32,107 nucleotides of DNA from a virus (taxonomy: Duplodnaviria > Caudoviricetes): positions 1 to 32,107 of the IMG/VR virus record IMGVR_UViG_3300037991_003601. The stretch is one strand, 5' to 3'. The stretch's first letter is position 1. The number at the start of each line of letters is the position of its first letter. The translations under genes and the position numbers were made by a program. The notes beneath the pieces are model-generated. The model was not told where the DNA came from, searched no databases, and saw only the letters and a program-made list of their open reading frames with translations. Positions 21,809-31,267 of the stretch are shown piece after piece.

Positions 21809-24247
21809 CTATGAAACGGATGTGGTGGATCGGTCTGTAATTCTAGCGTCCACTTTAGCGGACCGAAGATAGGGTCTGCCATTGGTTGGTTGAAAGTCTG
21901 CCTGTACTCCGAATCCCCTTTTATTCACTCTAAGCCTTACCGATGCCTCTTCTGAGTCAGGAAGATTGCTACCGATCAAAGATGATATGCTTGTAGATTG
22001 AGAAGTCGAATCGGGATCTTCGGTGATAAATTGAATATTACCATCAGTAGAAAAGCCGGTATTCGATTTTACATGAAGCTCGGCTCGACTGAAGGTTTTA
22101 CGATCCATCGAGTCAGCATCATACTGGCGGGTAGTTAACTGACTGACCACTGGAATCGTTTCCGATTGAGCCTGCCCTGCTGTAAGCGAAACAACATCGC
22201 CTCCCTCAAATCCATCCACCTTATGAACGCCTCCTTCTTCGGTAGTTAAATATAGAGCATTCTGTGCTCCTTCGCGGGCAACGATCAGATCGCGGATAGC
22301 AAACTCGGTGGAGTTTACCTGATCGATGGATTCAAATCCTCCGTTGATAAAATTATATACGATGATCGCATTCAGCTTCGTGGCATCTCCTCGCCCAGGT
22401 GCTGAATCCAATGGAACTGCAAGCCAATACCTAGAGTCGAAATATACTCCACATGACAGGTGAGCATAGTCCTGATTAATTCGGTCCACAAATGGTTGGA
22501 TGGATTCCGATAAAGGTGTGCCTGTTCCCCGTAAATTATATTCATCCAAGAAGGCCACAGAATATATCCCTTGATCCGAAAGGAACAGAATCTGATTGGC
22601 CACCTGTACGATTGACTTGCGGGCACTTGCTCCAATCTCAGTTGTTACCACATTTGTTTTTACATCGGCAAGAGATCCACTTACGCCTGTCATCAGGTGG
22701 ATCGATTTACGATTGAATATTGCAAGAGTGTCCTGAGTAAATGGTTGGATGCCTACTAGGAAATCGCTTTTACCCGCAGATATTCTAAATTGATTGCCAA
22801 TGCGATCATAGGTATCTGAATCTAAGATGTCAGATGCTACAATCTCATCACGATTATTACGATCAGTCGGTGATATATCTGAAGTGAACCAATAAGGAAC
22901 CCATAGTCTACGCTGATGAAACTGTCCCCATGGAGCCGCAGGCATATGGATGAATCCTTTACCGATTGCCAGTTGCCTGGATGCGGTAAGGGATGCTCCT
23001 AGCGAAACATCCTCCACGCCAAGATTAAATGTAAACTGATCGACAGTAGGAGTGCTGGTGACAATCGCTTTTTGATTTACGAATAAATCGAACGGGGATG
23101 CCCCGTCTCTAATGGTTATCTCATTCCCGATCTCCAACCCATGATTTACCACATCCATCGTCACCACCCCGCTTGATGCTGTGGCGGTGGTATCGGTTAG
23201 ATACTGAGGTGCTGTATAAGTTCCACGATCTACCCGAGTGAAATCCTCGAAATATTCAGCCTGTGCTCCTGACACATTAAAGGTAGTAGTCTGCGAGGAT
23301 GCCATAGTGACTGTAAACTGAGTGTCACTTATCCTGGTAATCTGATAGCAGTCATTCGGATTTACAGTCCAATTACCCAGGTTGGTCAGCGTGACAAAGT
23401 CACCGGTCACCCGCCCATGATTCGTGTATGTATTTACAGTAATCGTCTGACCCGATTGGGAGGCTGATGATATTCCGATTGAATTAATTGCCGGACTTGC
23501 AGAAAGAGTGGTCTTACGGGATCGGAAGATAAACATTTTATCGAACCCCTGGGTCATGCCTACGGGACCATCTACTGTTTCCCCTCCAGCCTCGTAACGG
23601 CATTTAAAAAGTGCTGAGTCTTTTAGGCGAATGATGACTGCAACATTATTGGTCGCCGAGAAAATATAATCGTCATTGTTCGATGAGGCATCACTGTAAA
23701 CTGCTGATCCGTAAACTGCATTTACTCCATCATCGTTAATGGTAAAATTTAAAGTGGTAGCGATTGAATTGCCAGCAGAACAAACGGATGTGTTTCCGAC
23801 TGATGCATCCTGTACTGTGAAAGTGGTATCGGTTCCAGCGTTGGTAAATGTCAGTGTCTTGGTGGTGAAATTGACTGAGCCTAATGCATGAGTGCCGTCA
23901 ATCGATGCATCGACATCTGCAATGGTTATATTTTCGCCTGGTATAAATGATAGACTCGGAGTGTCATCCAATACGATTGTTACCACTCCAGATGATCGGG
24001 ATGCCGATTGAATTACATAAGGTAAACGGATGGCATCTGCTCCCGATGTGATTGATCCGAACAGAGTCGATAATCCTTTGCGGGGTTGCCAGGTTCCGTC
24101 ATCGTTCATCCGACCATTCTTTGACAATGCTACCTCACCGGCTTTTAACTGATTAGGTCGCAGACGGGCATTCATCCGCAGAAAGAAAGTATCCCCTTCT
24201 GTTACGAATGGATCGTCTAGTTTGCCGTAACTGCGGTATCTGCTCAT
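21809..24247 (-). CDS. Tail nozzle / stabilisation protein (tail tubular protein B-like)
   Basis: 812 aa beta-rich; propeller-like motifs (HQRRLW, IGASARKSIVQV..ILFLSDQGIY, PLSESIQP); three inserted small beta-barrel repeats (ASxS..V/IT...). Confidence 0.75.
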   Translation of the reverse strand: MSRYRSYGKLDDPFVTEGDTFFLRMNARLRPNQLKAGEVALSKNGRMNDDGTWQPRKGLSTLFGSITSGADAIRLPYVIQSASRSSGVVTIVLDDTPSLSFIPGENITIADVDASIDGTHALGSVNFTTKTLTFTNAGTDTTFTVQDASVGNTSVCSAGNSIATTLNFTINDDGVNAVYGSAVYSDASSNNDDYIFSATNNVAVIIRLKDSALFKCRYEAGGETVDGPVGMTQGFDKMFIFRSRKTTLSASPAINSIGISSASQSGQTITVNTYTNHGRVTGDFVTLTNLGNWTVNPNDCYQITRISDTQFTVTMASSQTTTFNVSGAQAEYFEDFTRVDRGTYTAPQYLTDTTATASSGVVTMDVVNHGLEIGNEITIRDGASPFDLFVNQKAIVTSTPTVDQFTFNLGVEDVSLGASLTASRQLAIGKGFIHMPAAPWGQFHQRRLWVPYWFTSDISPTDRNNRDEIVASDILDSDTYDRIGNQFRISAGKSDFLVGIQPFTQDTLAIFNRKSIHLMTGVSGSLADVKTNVVTTEIGASARKSIVQVANQILFLSDQGIYSVAFLDEYNLRGTGTPLSESIQPFVDRINQDYAHLSCGVYFDSRYWLAVPLDSAPGRGDATKLNAIIVYNFINGGFESIDQVNSTEFAIRDLIVAREGAQNALYLTTEEGGVHKVDGFEGGDVVSLTAGQAQSETIPVVSQLTTRQYDADSMDRKTFSRAELHVKSNTGFSTDGNIQFITEDPDSTSQSTSISSLIGSNLPDSEEASVRLRVNKRGFGVQADFQPTNGRPYLRSAKVDARITDRSTTSVS

Positions 24248-26121
24248 GTTACAATAGTTACGTCGTTAATTCGAGATTCCACATTGTAAAACGAAGTATC
24301 TATATACAGATCGTTTCCATTACTTAGAGTGTTTGCAGTTTGAAAGGTTACATAGTCCTGCCCAGCTTCTTCCACTACTTGAAATCTTACTCCACGAGTC
24401 CCTTGCCCATGATACCCGTGAGCATTACCATCTAAGTCTCTTAAATAAAGTGCTTGGTCGGATGCTCTGACAGTATAAACCTCGTACAACTCACCTAAAG
24501 TAAGAGTCCCTGATCCGTCTAATGAAATTACTTTCGGTCTTGATGCAGAGGGATAGCTGTAATTACTGCCTGAAGCTGTTTCAAAAACAAAGTTTGGATT
24601 CTGACTGTACACCGTTTGTCTCTTCTGAAACTTTACTTCGTTCGTAGAAGCGTAATGTCTTATCCTAAACCAATCACCCGCAGTAGCAAAGCTTGCTTCA
24701 TCGTACCCGCCCGAAGCGACAGTACGACCGCCACTATAAAACCTTAAAAAGTAAGGCTCAATATTTTGGACATAGTCATCGTCTGTATAAGCAAGTCCTA
24801 CCTCTAACGAATTTTTAGCCCATTGAAACTGTACATAGCCATCTGAGTTACCGTCTATCTTTTGTACTGATGACGCTCCTGCATTCCATCCGTTAGCACC
24901 GCTTATCTTTTCAAGACCGCCTCCGGCATACGCTTGAACTGTTCCTCCACTTACTGCTCCTTGAAAGATTGAGATAGAATTAAATTCTCGTAAACTATTG
25001 ACTGTGCTTACCTTGAATCCTGATACATTAGTTTGTGTAGTATGTTCAGCGTATCCATCTGATCCTAATACAGTAAAATCATTATTTAGATCAGTTTGTC
25101 CATTACCTTTTATAGGAGTAAATTTTATGTCATCGTCACTTGAAACTTTAACAATTAATTTAATTCCTGAAGCGATGTTCTGAGAGAATGTTTGTTTGAT
25201 AGCAACTTGACTCCCTGAACCCTTTATAATTCCTTTAGCTAATTTAGTTTGATTGAGACTTCCACCTGATACAGTCCAATTAGTAGGAACTTTATCAACT
25301 ACTTCCCAATTTAGACCCCTGTGGCTAACCCATACCATGTTGTCAGTTGAAACTTGAATATTCGCTTTGCCATTCCCGACATGGTATCTGTGCATTTCAT
25401 ATACTTCACCCTCAGTTATTCCGTCTATTGTTTTTAACGCAATGACAAGAGGACGATTCGTAGATTCAAAAACATAATGGGTGTTATGATTTCCGTTTGG
25501 ACTTGTAGGAAAAGTATAGGAAGTGTTTTCAACATAACCTAATTGCGAAAAGTCTCCGTTAGTAAGTTTTTCCCCACTCAGATTTATATCCGTAAGATTG
25601 GTCCAACTAACGGCATTACTAATACCTTTGATACCTAAAGTCTCTAATGAGGAAACACGGGTAACTAGATTACCTAGACTGACACGAACATTACCCAAAC
25701 TTACCTGACTAGCGAGTAAGGCCATATCCGACTCCATGTCAGACATCTTGGTGTCCTTCTCGTTCTTATCAGATTCTAGTGCGGCTACCCTGTTATCTTT
25801 ATCGTTTTTATCAGACTCTAAGTTAGCAATCTTGGTATCCTTTACTGCCTTGTCATCTTCTAAGGCAGAAATCTTGGACTCCTTAACGAGCTTATCATCT
25901 TCTAAAGTTACTATCCTAGTTTCTTTGAGATCCAGGGATGTCTTAACATTTCCAAGACTAACTTTCGTCCCAAACTTTCCGTCTGCTAAGTTCTTGTATT
26001 CAGTAAATTTATTTTCAGATGTGTAGTCTGCTCTATCATCCGATGATATTGAGCCAAATCCAGTTAACCGGCACATGGTAAACCCGCCTGTTTTTATATC
26101 TTTGACAGCAACAGTCTTCAT
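24244..26121 (-). CDS. Tail fibre / receptor-binding protein with coiled-coil stalk
   Basis: 625 aa; 14-aa LE(D/S)DK heptad repeats followed by beta-rich carbohydrate-binding-like domains (LTNGDFS...NWT). Confidence 0.6.
   Translation of the reverse strand: MKTVAVKDIKTGGFTMCRLTGFGSISSDDRADYTSENKFTEYKNLADGKFGTKVSLGNVKTSLDLKETRIVTLEDDKLVKESKISALEDDKAVKDTKIANLESDKNDKDNRVAALESDKNEKDTKMSDMESDMALLASQVSLGNVRVSLGNLVTRVSSLETLGIKGISNAVSWTNLTDINLSGEKLTNGDFSQLGYVENTSYTFPTSPNGNHNTHYVFESTNRPLVIALKTIDGITEGEVYEMHRYHVGNGKANIQVSTDNMVWVSHRGLNWEVVDKVPTNWTVSGGSLNQTKLAKGIIKGSGSQVAIKQTFSQNIASGIKLIVKVSSDDDIKFTPIKGNGQTDLNNDFTVLGSDGYAEHTTQTNVSGFKVSTVNSLREFNSISIFQGAVSGGTVQAYAGGGLEKISGANGWNAGASSVQKIDGNSDGYVQFQWAKNSLEVGLAYTDDDYVQNIEPYFLRFYSGGRTVASGGYDEASFATAGDWFRIRHYASTNEVKFQKRQTVYSQNPNFVFETASGSNYSYPSASRPKVISLDGSGTLTLGELYEVYTVRASDQALYLRDLDGNAHGYHGQGTRGVRFQVVEEAGQDYVTFQTANTLSNGNDLYIDTSFYNVESRINDVTIVT
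25731..25925 (-). repeat. Degenerate 42-bp (14-aa) tandem coding repeat
   Basis: TRIVTLEDDKLVKE / SKISALEDDKAVKD / TKIANLESDKNDKD / NRVAALESDKNEKD / TKMSDMESD; boundaries approximate. Confidence 0.8.
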
Positions 26122-26270
26122 CGCTTCTTAATCTCCTGCCACAGTTTTAGGGACATATAAACCAGTGTCACTAAGCCAACCGCGATTCCGATTGCCGAGT
26201 CAAATGCAGACAGGCCAAAGGTGGCCGCTGTGCCTGACATTCCTAAAACTGAGACCCGATCAATCATCAT
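26118..26270 (-). CDS. Holin-like small membrane protein, not in ORF track
   Basis: MMIDRVSVLGMSGTAATFGLSAFDSAIGIAVGLVTLVYMSLKLWQEIKKR (50 aa); hydrophobic segments, basic C-terminus; ATGA coupling at both ends. Confidence 0.6.
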   Translation of the reverse strand: MMIDRVSVLGMSGTAATFGLSAFDSAIGIAVGLVTLVYMSLKLWQEIKKR

Positions 26271-26386
26271 TTAAATAGGCAGTCCAAAACTATGATACCT
26301 ATGATCAAGCCTACGAATACGGTTATCATCTTCCCTCGTTTTGAGAGTGTTTGAAATTTCTTTTTTAGTAAAATTAAGTTTTTCAT
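26267..26386 (-). CDS. Small membrane protein, not in ORF track
   Basis: MKNLILLKKKFQTLSKRGKMITVFVGLIIGIIVLDCLFK (39 aa); basic N-terminus plus one TM helix; ATGA coupling at both ends. Confidence 0.6.
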   Translation of the reverse strand: MKNLILLKKKFQTLSKRGKMITVFVGLIIGIIVLDCLFK

Positions 26387-26814
26387 TTCTGATCGGAGGG
26401 TCGGGGAAAGGGTGCTCGGGTGGTCGATTTAGTGACCTCCGTTTTTGCGCATCTTTTTGCCACAAAAATGGGGATTGCCAGGTAGCATCCTAGAATGACT
26501 GCCGCTCCGATGAGGATGCGTTTTATGTAATTAGTAAACTCAGCGAATCCGCTTTGATGCTCGGCCATTCCCTGTGCGACTAGGGCGGATACATCGCCAT
26601 GCGTTAACGCCTCAATCGTTTCCTCGGCCTCTACGAGTGCATCTGCATTTTTTAACGCCTCCCCGCTTACAGCACCTATGCCAGCACCGAGTGCCGCACC
26701 TCCTGGTCCCGCAAGAGATCCTGCACCTCCTCCGGCAATAGCTCCTAGTGTCGGGTAGGTCGAACGAAGCGAACATCCCGCCAGTAAGGTTAGTGCCAGG
26801 AGTGCATAGATCAT
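26383..26814 (-). CDS. Lipoprotein with glycine zipper and C-terminal TM helix (spanin-like)
   Basis: Lipobox LLAGC; GAIAGGGAGSLAGPGGAALGAGIG zipper; ILIGAAVILGCYLAIPIFVA TM segment. Confidence 0.6.
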   Translation of the reverse strand: MIYALLALTLLAGCSLRSTYPTLGAIAGGGAGSLAGPGGAALGAGIGAVSGEALKNADALVEAEETIEALTHGDVSALVAQGMAEHQSGFAEFTNYIKRILIGAAVILGCYLAIPIFVAKRCAKTEVTKSTTRAPFPRPSDQK

Positions 26815-27020
26815 TACTGCCCTGTAGCGTCAGGATTGAACTGAGCTAGGGTCGCGTCAGATGATCCTGCGGTAGTCTCGGCTACATAGATTTTCTTAGT
26901 ATCAGTAGCGAAATATATTTCACCTTGGACACATTCCTTCTTGAACTTCGACTTGTTTGCGTCTGTTCCCGTCTTCACTGCAATCGTGAAGTCCTTCCTG
27001 TGCAACTTATTGTAACCCAT
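26814..27020 (-). CDS. Small tail-fibre-associated protein (Mtd N-terminal-like motif)
   Basis: 68 aa; GEIYFATDTKKIYV motif common in fibre/spike shaft modules. Confidence 0.55.
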   Translation of the reverse strand: MGYNKLHRKDFTIAVKTGTDANKSKFKKECVQGEIYFATDTKKIYVAETTAGSSDATLAQFNPDATGQ

Positions 27021-27026
27021 GACTAT

Positions 27027-27815
27027 TTAGCTTATGGTTCCTGCACCGATACATGGACTATTTGGTCGAAGTCGAAGGTCAGTACCAGGATCTACATATA
27101 ACGGGTCAACAAATATGTTGTTTGTTCCGCCTGAACTGTTAGCAGAACCCATATTATGGAAACAACAGTTAGTTCCCGCGGAGGCTAGTGACTGTGACCA
27201 CTTAGAATTATCATTACTACTGTAGATGCAGTTATTAGAAATAACACTTGAATCAGGATTGATTCCCGAAGTCGCAGATAAATCAAAAAAGAAATTGGAG
27301 TTTTTGTAAATGTATCCGCTTGTGCTATTACCAAAAGAAGAACCACTAGGTTTAAAATTGAGCGAGCAAAAATTCACCAAAGCTCGATCTGTTGAACCCG
27401 CTTGCCCACTAATTGGATTTTGACTTGAAGATGTGGTCTGGCTGGCTTTGCTGTATTCTAGGGTTTGTACTATGCTACTGTTTGAAGGTGGAGTAAATTT
27501 AAAGACAAAGTCTTGAAACGAAAAACCTGAAACTATTACAGCAGATGTATTAGTGGTAGTTCCTATACTTAATAATCTAACATCTCCTGAGCCGATTATT
27601 TTAGCACCATATCTGTTTAGTGATTTGTAGGTTACTCCGCTAGAGTCCCATGTTTGATTGGACGAAAGTGAATAGTCTCCGTCCACAAAAAAGATAGTGC
27701 CTCCACTTCCTGCGTCAGATTCTGCGGAACTTAGTGATGAATAAGCGTAAGCGTTTGCCTCTGAGGTTCCGTTTCCTGAACCCTGTGCGGTTGGTGCGAT
27801 GTATACTGTTGCCAT
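27027..27815 (-). CDS. Right-handed beta-helix (pectin lyase-like) protein, possible tailspike/depolymerase
   Basis: VYIAPTAQGSGNGTSEANAY start, GGTIFFVDGDY, DPLYVDPGTDLRLRPNSPCIGAG end; Ser/Asn-rich; AT-rich. Confidence 0.7.
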   Translation of the reverse strand: MATVYIAPTAQGSGNGTSEANAYAYSSLSSAESDAGSGGTIFFVDGDYSLSSNQTWDSSGVTYKSLNRYGAKIIGSGDVRLLSIGTTTNTSAVIVSGFSFQDFVFKFTPPSNSSIVQTLEYSKASQTTSSSQNPISGQAGSTDRALVNFCSLNFKPSGSSFGNSTSGYIYKNSNFFFDLSATSGINPDSSVISNNCIYSSNDNSKWSQSLASAGTNCCFHNMGSANSSGGTNNIFVDPLYVDPGTDLRLRPNSPCIGAGTIS

Positions 27816-27838
27816 GATATTATATTAGTTAAGTTATG

Positions 27839-28762
27839 TTATGCGATTGAACCGCCTGAAATTAAAAGTGGTGCGGGGTTTGCCCCTATATCGGGTAAGT
27901 TAAATCCTTGTCTCATTGGAAGATCATTAGCTCCTTTGGTGTCGGTATCTCCGCTGATAACCGAGTAAGTAGTTCCGTCTGTATCGACGGCCTCTATATC
28001 AGGCTCATCCCCATCCTCCTGTATACTAAAACCTGCGGCTAGTGCTAGGCGTTGCGATGGTGTGTTAAGAAATACTTTCGCGTTTGCGGTTTTCAGTACA
28101 AAGTCCAAGTTACCATCCGCATCAGCGACAACCATGACTGATCTACTCGGATTATCCGTTACCAAAAATGACTGATTAGGGAACGCACCCATATGTGGTT
28201 CGTCTGTACCTCGCAAGTTTTCGTCTGAAATTGAAACTGTCTGAAACGAACAGGTGCCATCTCCATCTTCCCGCAAGAATTTAGTGCCACCTGTTTCGCC
28301 TGTTGAGGTAACTTGTGTGCCATCAACTGATCCACTAGGTAGATTCGTTAATTGCGATCCGTCTACGGCAGGTAGCTTGGCAGTTCCGTCCAATTGAACC
28401 ACATTGCTTGCGGAAGTCCCTACATCTTGCGATGCCGCTGTTCCAAGATCACCTGGCTGAGTAGCACTATCTGCTAAGGCTCCCTGTGCCGCAGTTGCGT
28501 AGTCGGAACTTGCGGTTGTAGCCGCTGTGCCGAGTCCGAGGTTGGTGCGGGATGTTGAGGCACTAGATACATCGCTCAGATTATTACTTGCAACTAGATC
28601 GCCCTGGGGGGCGGCGGCTACTAGGTTGGCTACTGTTACTTTTTTGGTAGTGCCTTGTGCTGATCCCGTTGTATCTGACACATCGGTGATCGGAATAATA
28701 TCGCCGACTGCTGGAGTTGCCCCTAGGGCCGTTAATGCTGAAATTTTCTTATTTGTTGCCAT
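27839..28762 (-). CDS. Tail fibre protein
   Basis: KKISALT...TKKVTVANL start, NNLSDV...SRTNLGLGTAA and NVVQLDGTAKLPAVDGSQLTNL fibre motifs. Confidence 0.8.
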   Translation of the reverse strand: MATNKKISALTALGATPAVGDIIPITDVSDTTGSAQGTTKKVTVANLVAAAPQGDLVASNNLSDVSSASTSRTNLGLGTAATTASSDYATAAQGALADSATQPGDLGTAASQDVGTSASNVVQLDGTAKLPAVDGSQLTNLPSGSVDGTQVTSTGETGGTKFLREDGDGTCSFQTVSISDENLRGTDEPHMGAFPNQSFLVTDNPSRSVMVVADADGNLDFVLKTANAKVFLNTPSQRLALAAGFSIQEDGDEPDIEAVDTDGTTYSVISGDTDTKGANDLPMRQGFNLPDIGANPAPLLISGGSIA

Positions 28763-28775
28763 TTTGTTTTTTCTC

Positions 28776-28928
28776 CTAGTCGAATGCTAAAAACTGTCCT
28801 GCCTCTACCTGTAAAAAATCCTGTGCCTCTGTCTGTATAACGCCATCGGGGCCAGCAGGTGGAGTCGGTCCAACCTGTGAGTCACCTTCAGTGTCACCTA
28901 TGTGAAGCCCTAGACCGAAATAAGGCAT
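28776..28928 (-). CDS. Small virion-associated protein, not in ORF track
   Basis: MPYFGLGLHIGDTEGDSQVGPTPPAGPDGVIQTEAQDFLQVEAGQFLAFD (50 aa); TAATG-coupled to upstream gene. Confidence 0.65.
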   Translation of the reverse strand: MPYFGLGLHIGDTEGDSQVGPTPPAGPDGVIQTEAQDFLQVEAGQFLAFD

Positions 28929-29188
28929 TAGGCTTTATAGAGTATAGCGGCTCCACTCGAAAGAGTGATGCTGGTAAATGGTAAATACAGACAGTCGTTT
29001 TTACTGAATGTAATTGAGTCAGAAATCAAATCTGCCGAATTATCCATCTGTCCAGTAATTGCTCCAATTACCGAATCTTCGGTGAACTGAATTGCCACGA
29101 ACTCGCCTGTGTTTGCACCTGTGCCATTAACATAGGTGCAACCATTGGCTCCCATGCTGTTCTGAATATTGAATGATGATATGCCCAT
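28928..29188 (-). CDS. Small beta-rich structural protein
   Basis: 86 aa in the structural operon; ends FTSITLSSGAAILYK. Confidence 0.7.
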   Translation of the reverse strand: MGISSFNIQNSMGANGCTYVNGTGANTGEFVAIQFTEDSVIGAITGQMDNSADLISDSITFSKNDCLYLPFTSITLSSGAAILYKA

Positions 29189-29190
29189 TT

Positions 29191-29820
29191 TTATGATGTG
29201 GTTAAAACTGAAATGCCGAACGAGTAGCTCGGATAAGTGTTAAAAGTTATTTTGTTCATCGATTCGAGTCGTTCGACCCTATCGATTTCTAATGCTAGAG
29301 TTTCTTCCGCTAATGCCTCTTGTTGAATGCTTTTTTCCAATTGGCCGTCTGCCTTGTAATAGTCAGAAACACAAGCGAGCAGTAAGTAACGCTCGAGGAA
29401 TGCAGGGAGATCCGTTGTGCCGGTCCCGTAGTCGTTTGCAGGTACTTGGTTTCCGACCACAAATACGGATGTCACCGATGAATCTGCCGGAAGAACCAGG
29501 TAACCATTTACGAGTTGGTAGTCCAATAGAACTGCTGAACGATCTGCCAGTGGGTTCTTATTATAAACTGCGAATACATCCATAAGGTCGGATGCATTAT
29601 CGATCTGCACTGCTTTGTCTGCGATGATCGGTGTAGTTACCGCCGCAACAGTCTTCTCAACCACTGTCTGAACATCAGGCCATTTTGCCCGAGTCCATGC
29701 TCCCCTCACCCTGTCGTTAAGACTATTCTTTAAGGCAGTCTCCTCCTGGGTCAAAAGTGTATCGACTCCGATTGCAGACTCGAAACGACTTTTAAAATCA
29801 CTGTAGGTGACGATCCTCAA
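29191..29820 (-). CDS. Head-tail adaptor (tail tubular protein A-like)
   Basis: 209 aa helix-beta-helix layout (AWTRAKWP...LPAFLERYLLLACVSDY); position after capsid gene. Confidence 0.65.
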   Translation of the reverse strand: MRIVTYSDFKSRFESAIGVDTLLTQEETALKNSLNDRVRGAWTRAKWPDVQTVVEKTVAAVTTPIIADKAVQIDNASDLMDVFAVYNKNPLADRSAVLLDYQLVNGYLVLPADSSVTSVFVVGNQVPANDYGTGTTDLPAFLERYLLLACVSDYYKADGQLEKSIQQEALAEETLALEIDRVERLESMNKITFNTYPSYSFGISVLTTS

Positions 29821-30125
29821 TGCTTAACCTTGCACTCGGGGTTTGATTTCTCGAAGTCCTTACGGAATCCTTTATCCGCCCAGCATCCTGGTCTTTCCTG
29901 CTCATGGCGGACATATGTGGTTAAGTCTGTTACCCGAGCAAGTCGGAGGTCACCTTTGCCTCCTTCAAACGCTTTGGCGGCCTTGCGAGCCTGCTTTTGG
30001 CGTTGTGCATACCCAGCCTTTTCATTAACTGCGGCTTGCTCGTTATGCTTACGAAGATAATAAGCGATTTCGTCCTGTGACGATCTGCTTTTCTTACCTC
30101 CCCTTACGATGATATTTAGACTCAT
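29817..30125 (-). CDS. Hypothetical protein
   Basis: 102 aa ORF downstream of the capsid gene, overlapping the adaptor start. Confidence 0.75.
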   Translation of the reverse strand: MSLNIIVRGGKKSRSSQDEIAYYLRKHNEQAAVNEKAGYAQRQKQARKAAKAFEGGKGDLRLARVTDLTTYVRHEQERPGCWADKGFRKDFEKSNPECKVKH

Positions 30126-30133
30126 TTAAATGG

Positions 30134-30170
30134 AAAAAGGGGAGCCGGCCTAACCCTAAACCGGCTCCCC
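30134..30170 (-). terminator. Rho-independent terminator after the major capsid gene
   Basis: GGGGAGCCGG / CCGGCTCCCC perfect 10-bp stem followed by UUUUU on the minus strand. Confidence 0.85.
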
Positions 30171-30202
30171 AATAACAACATGATCAATAAACCCGAAGTT
30201 AC

Positions 30203-31237
30203 TTAAATAATACTTCCAAGCGCGCGTGGATTGCCTACCCGCAAGGTAGCCATACACTCTGAGAAGGCCCTTTTTCCACCGCCGTTGTCAGGAAGATCCA
30301 CTACAGAAATACCCTCAAGGAATTTCAAGGAAACAGTGTCATCGTCAGGAATCAGGTAAGCACGATCAGTGTTCACTGTTCCTTCAACAGTGTCAGTACC
30401 AGAAGCCGCACCATCCACACGACCCAAAAAGAGGTCAGGAATGATATCAATAGAACCCCAGTCTGAAACATAATGAAGAACTGATCCGACTAATGTCTTA
30501 CCGCTAACATCTTGAGTGAAGCTGTAAACAGGATTGTTCGTAACTGCGGCACGGGTGTAATCTGTGATGGCCGCCATAACTGCTGGGCCGGCATACAATT
30601 TGTATGAACCTTTAGCACCACTAGCAGTATAAACAGACTGAAGTAATCCGCGAAGAGCAGACTCAGTTAAAGCCGCAAGGCTAACGCGAGATCCACTAAC
30701 AGCACGGAATGCCTCTTTGGCAGTTGTGTCGAATGTGTTTCCAGTTGCGGCAGGATCAGACCAAATTCCGAGTCCGCACATTTTAGCACCCGCTGTACCT
30801 GAACCTGTACTCTGATCATTTCCTGATCCGATAGCGGTTTCGATAGAGCGTTTAAGCTGAATAAGTGATTTTGCTTTGGAAGCGGCAAATAATCCACCCT
30901 GTCCACCAGGAGCAACATCAATCATCTCAGCTTGACGAGAGACCGCAAAGTAGTCGCGGAATGTCTGCACGCGATTATGTAATCTTGCACGTGAGTCGAT
31001 TAAGTTTTGAGCAGTAGAAAGATCGAGATCATTTCCGTCAATTACTCCACCGATTTCAGGATCAGCAAGTGAGTCCACAAGCCACTCGTTAAGAGTTGCC
31101 TTTGGAGCGGCTGATTGTGAAAGCGTAGAATACAGAGGTGTCTCTGTTGGCTCGACAGATTTCAAGTATCCTTCTAGGTTCTCTAAGGCACCTTTGGCAC
31201 TTGTTACATTATAGGAAGTTGCAATGTTAGTTGGCAT
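30203..31237 (-). CDS. Major capsid protein (HK97 fold, DUF5309/SU10-like)
   Basis: EPTETPLYS...EWLVDSL...NRVQTFR...LKRSIE...YVSDWGSIDIIPDLF; follows scaffold and precedes a strong terminator. Confidence 0.88.
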   Translation of the reverse strand: MPTNIATSYNVTSAKGALENLEGYLKSVEPTETPLYSTLSQSAAPKATLNEWLVDSLADPEIGGVIDGNDLDLSTAQNLIDSRARLHNRVQTFRDYFAVSRQAEMIDVAPGGQGGLFAASKAKSLIQLKRSIETAIGSGNDQSTGSGTAGAKMCGLGIWSDPAATGNTFDTTAKEAFRAVSGSRVSLAALTESALRGLLQSVYTASGAKGSYKLYAGPAVMAAITDYTRAAVTNNPVYSFTQDVSGKTLVGSVLHYVSDWGSIDIIPDLFLGRVDGAASGTDTVEGTVNTDRAYLIPDDDTVSLKFLEGISVVDLPDNGGGKRAFSECMATLRVGNPRALGSII

Positions 31238-31267
31238 TTTTAAAAATAATTTTGAAGTTTAAGAAAT

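Noticed and set aside
26271-26465. 64-aa ORF from the track
   Set aside because: Overlaps the lipoprotein gene; the alternative 26267-26386 frame has ATGA coupling at both ends and a clear TM helix
21011-28762. Diversity-generating retroelement acting on tail fibres
   Set aside because: No reverse transcriptase and no template/variable repeat pair seen
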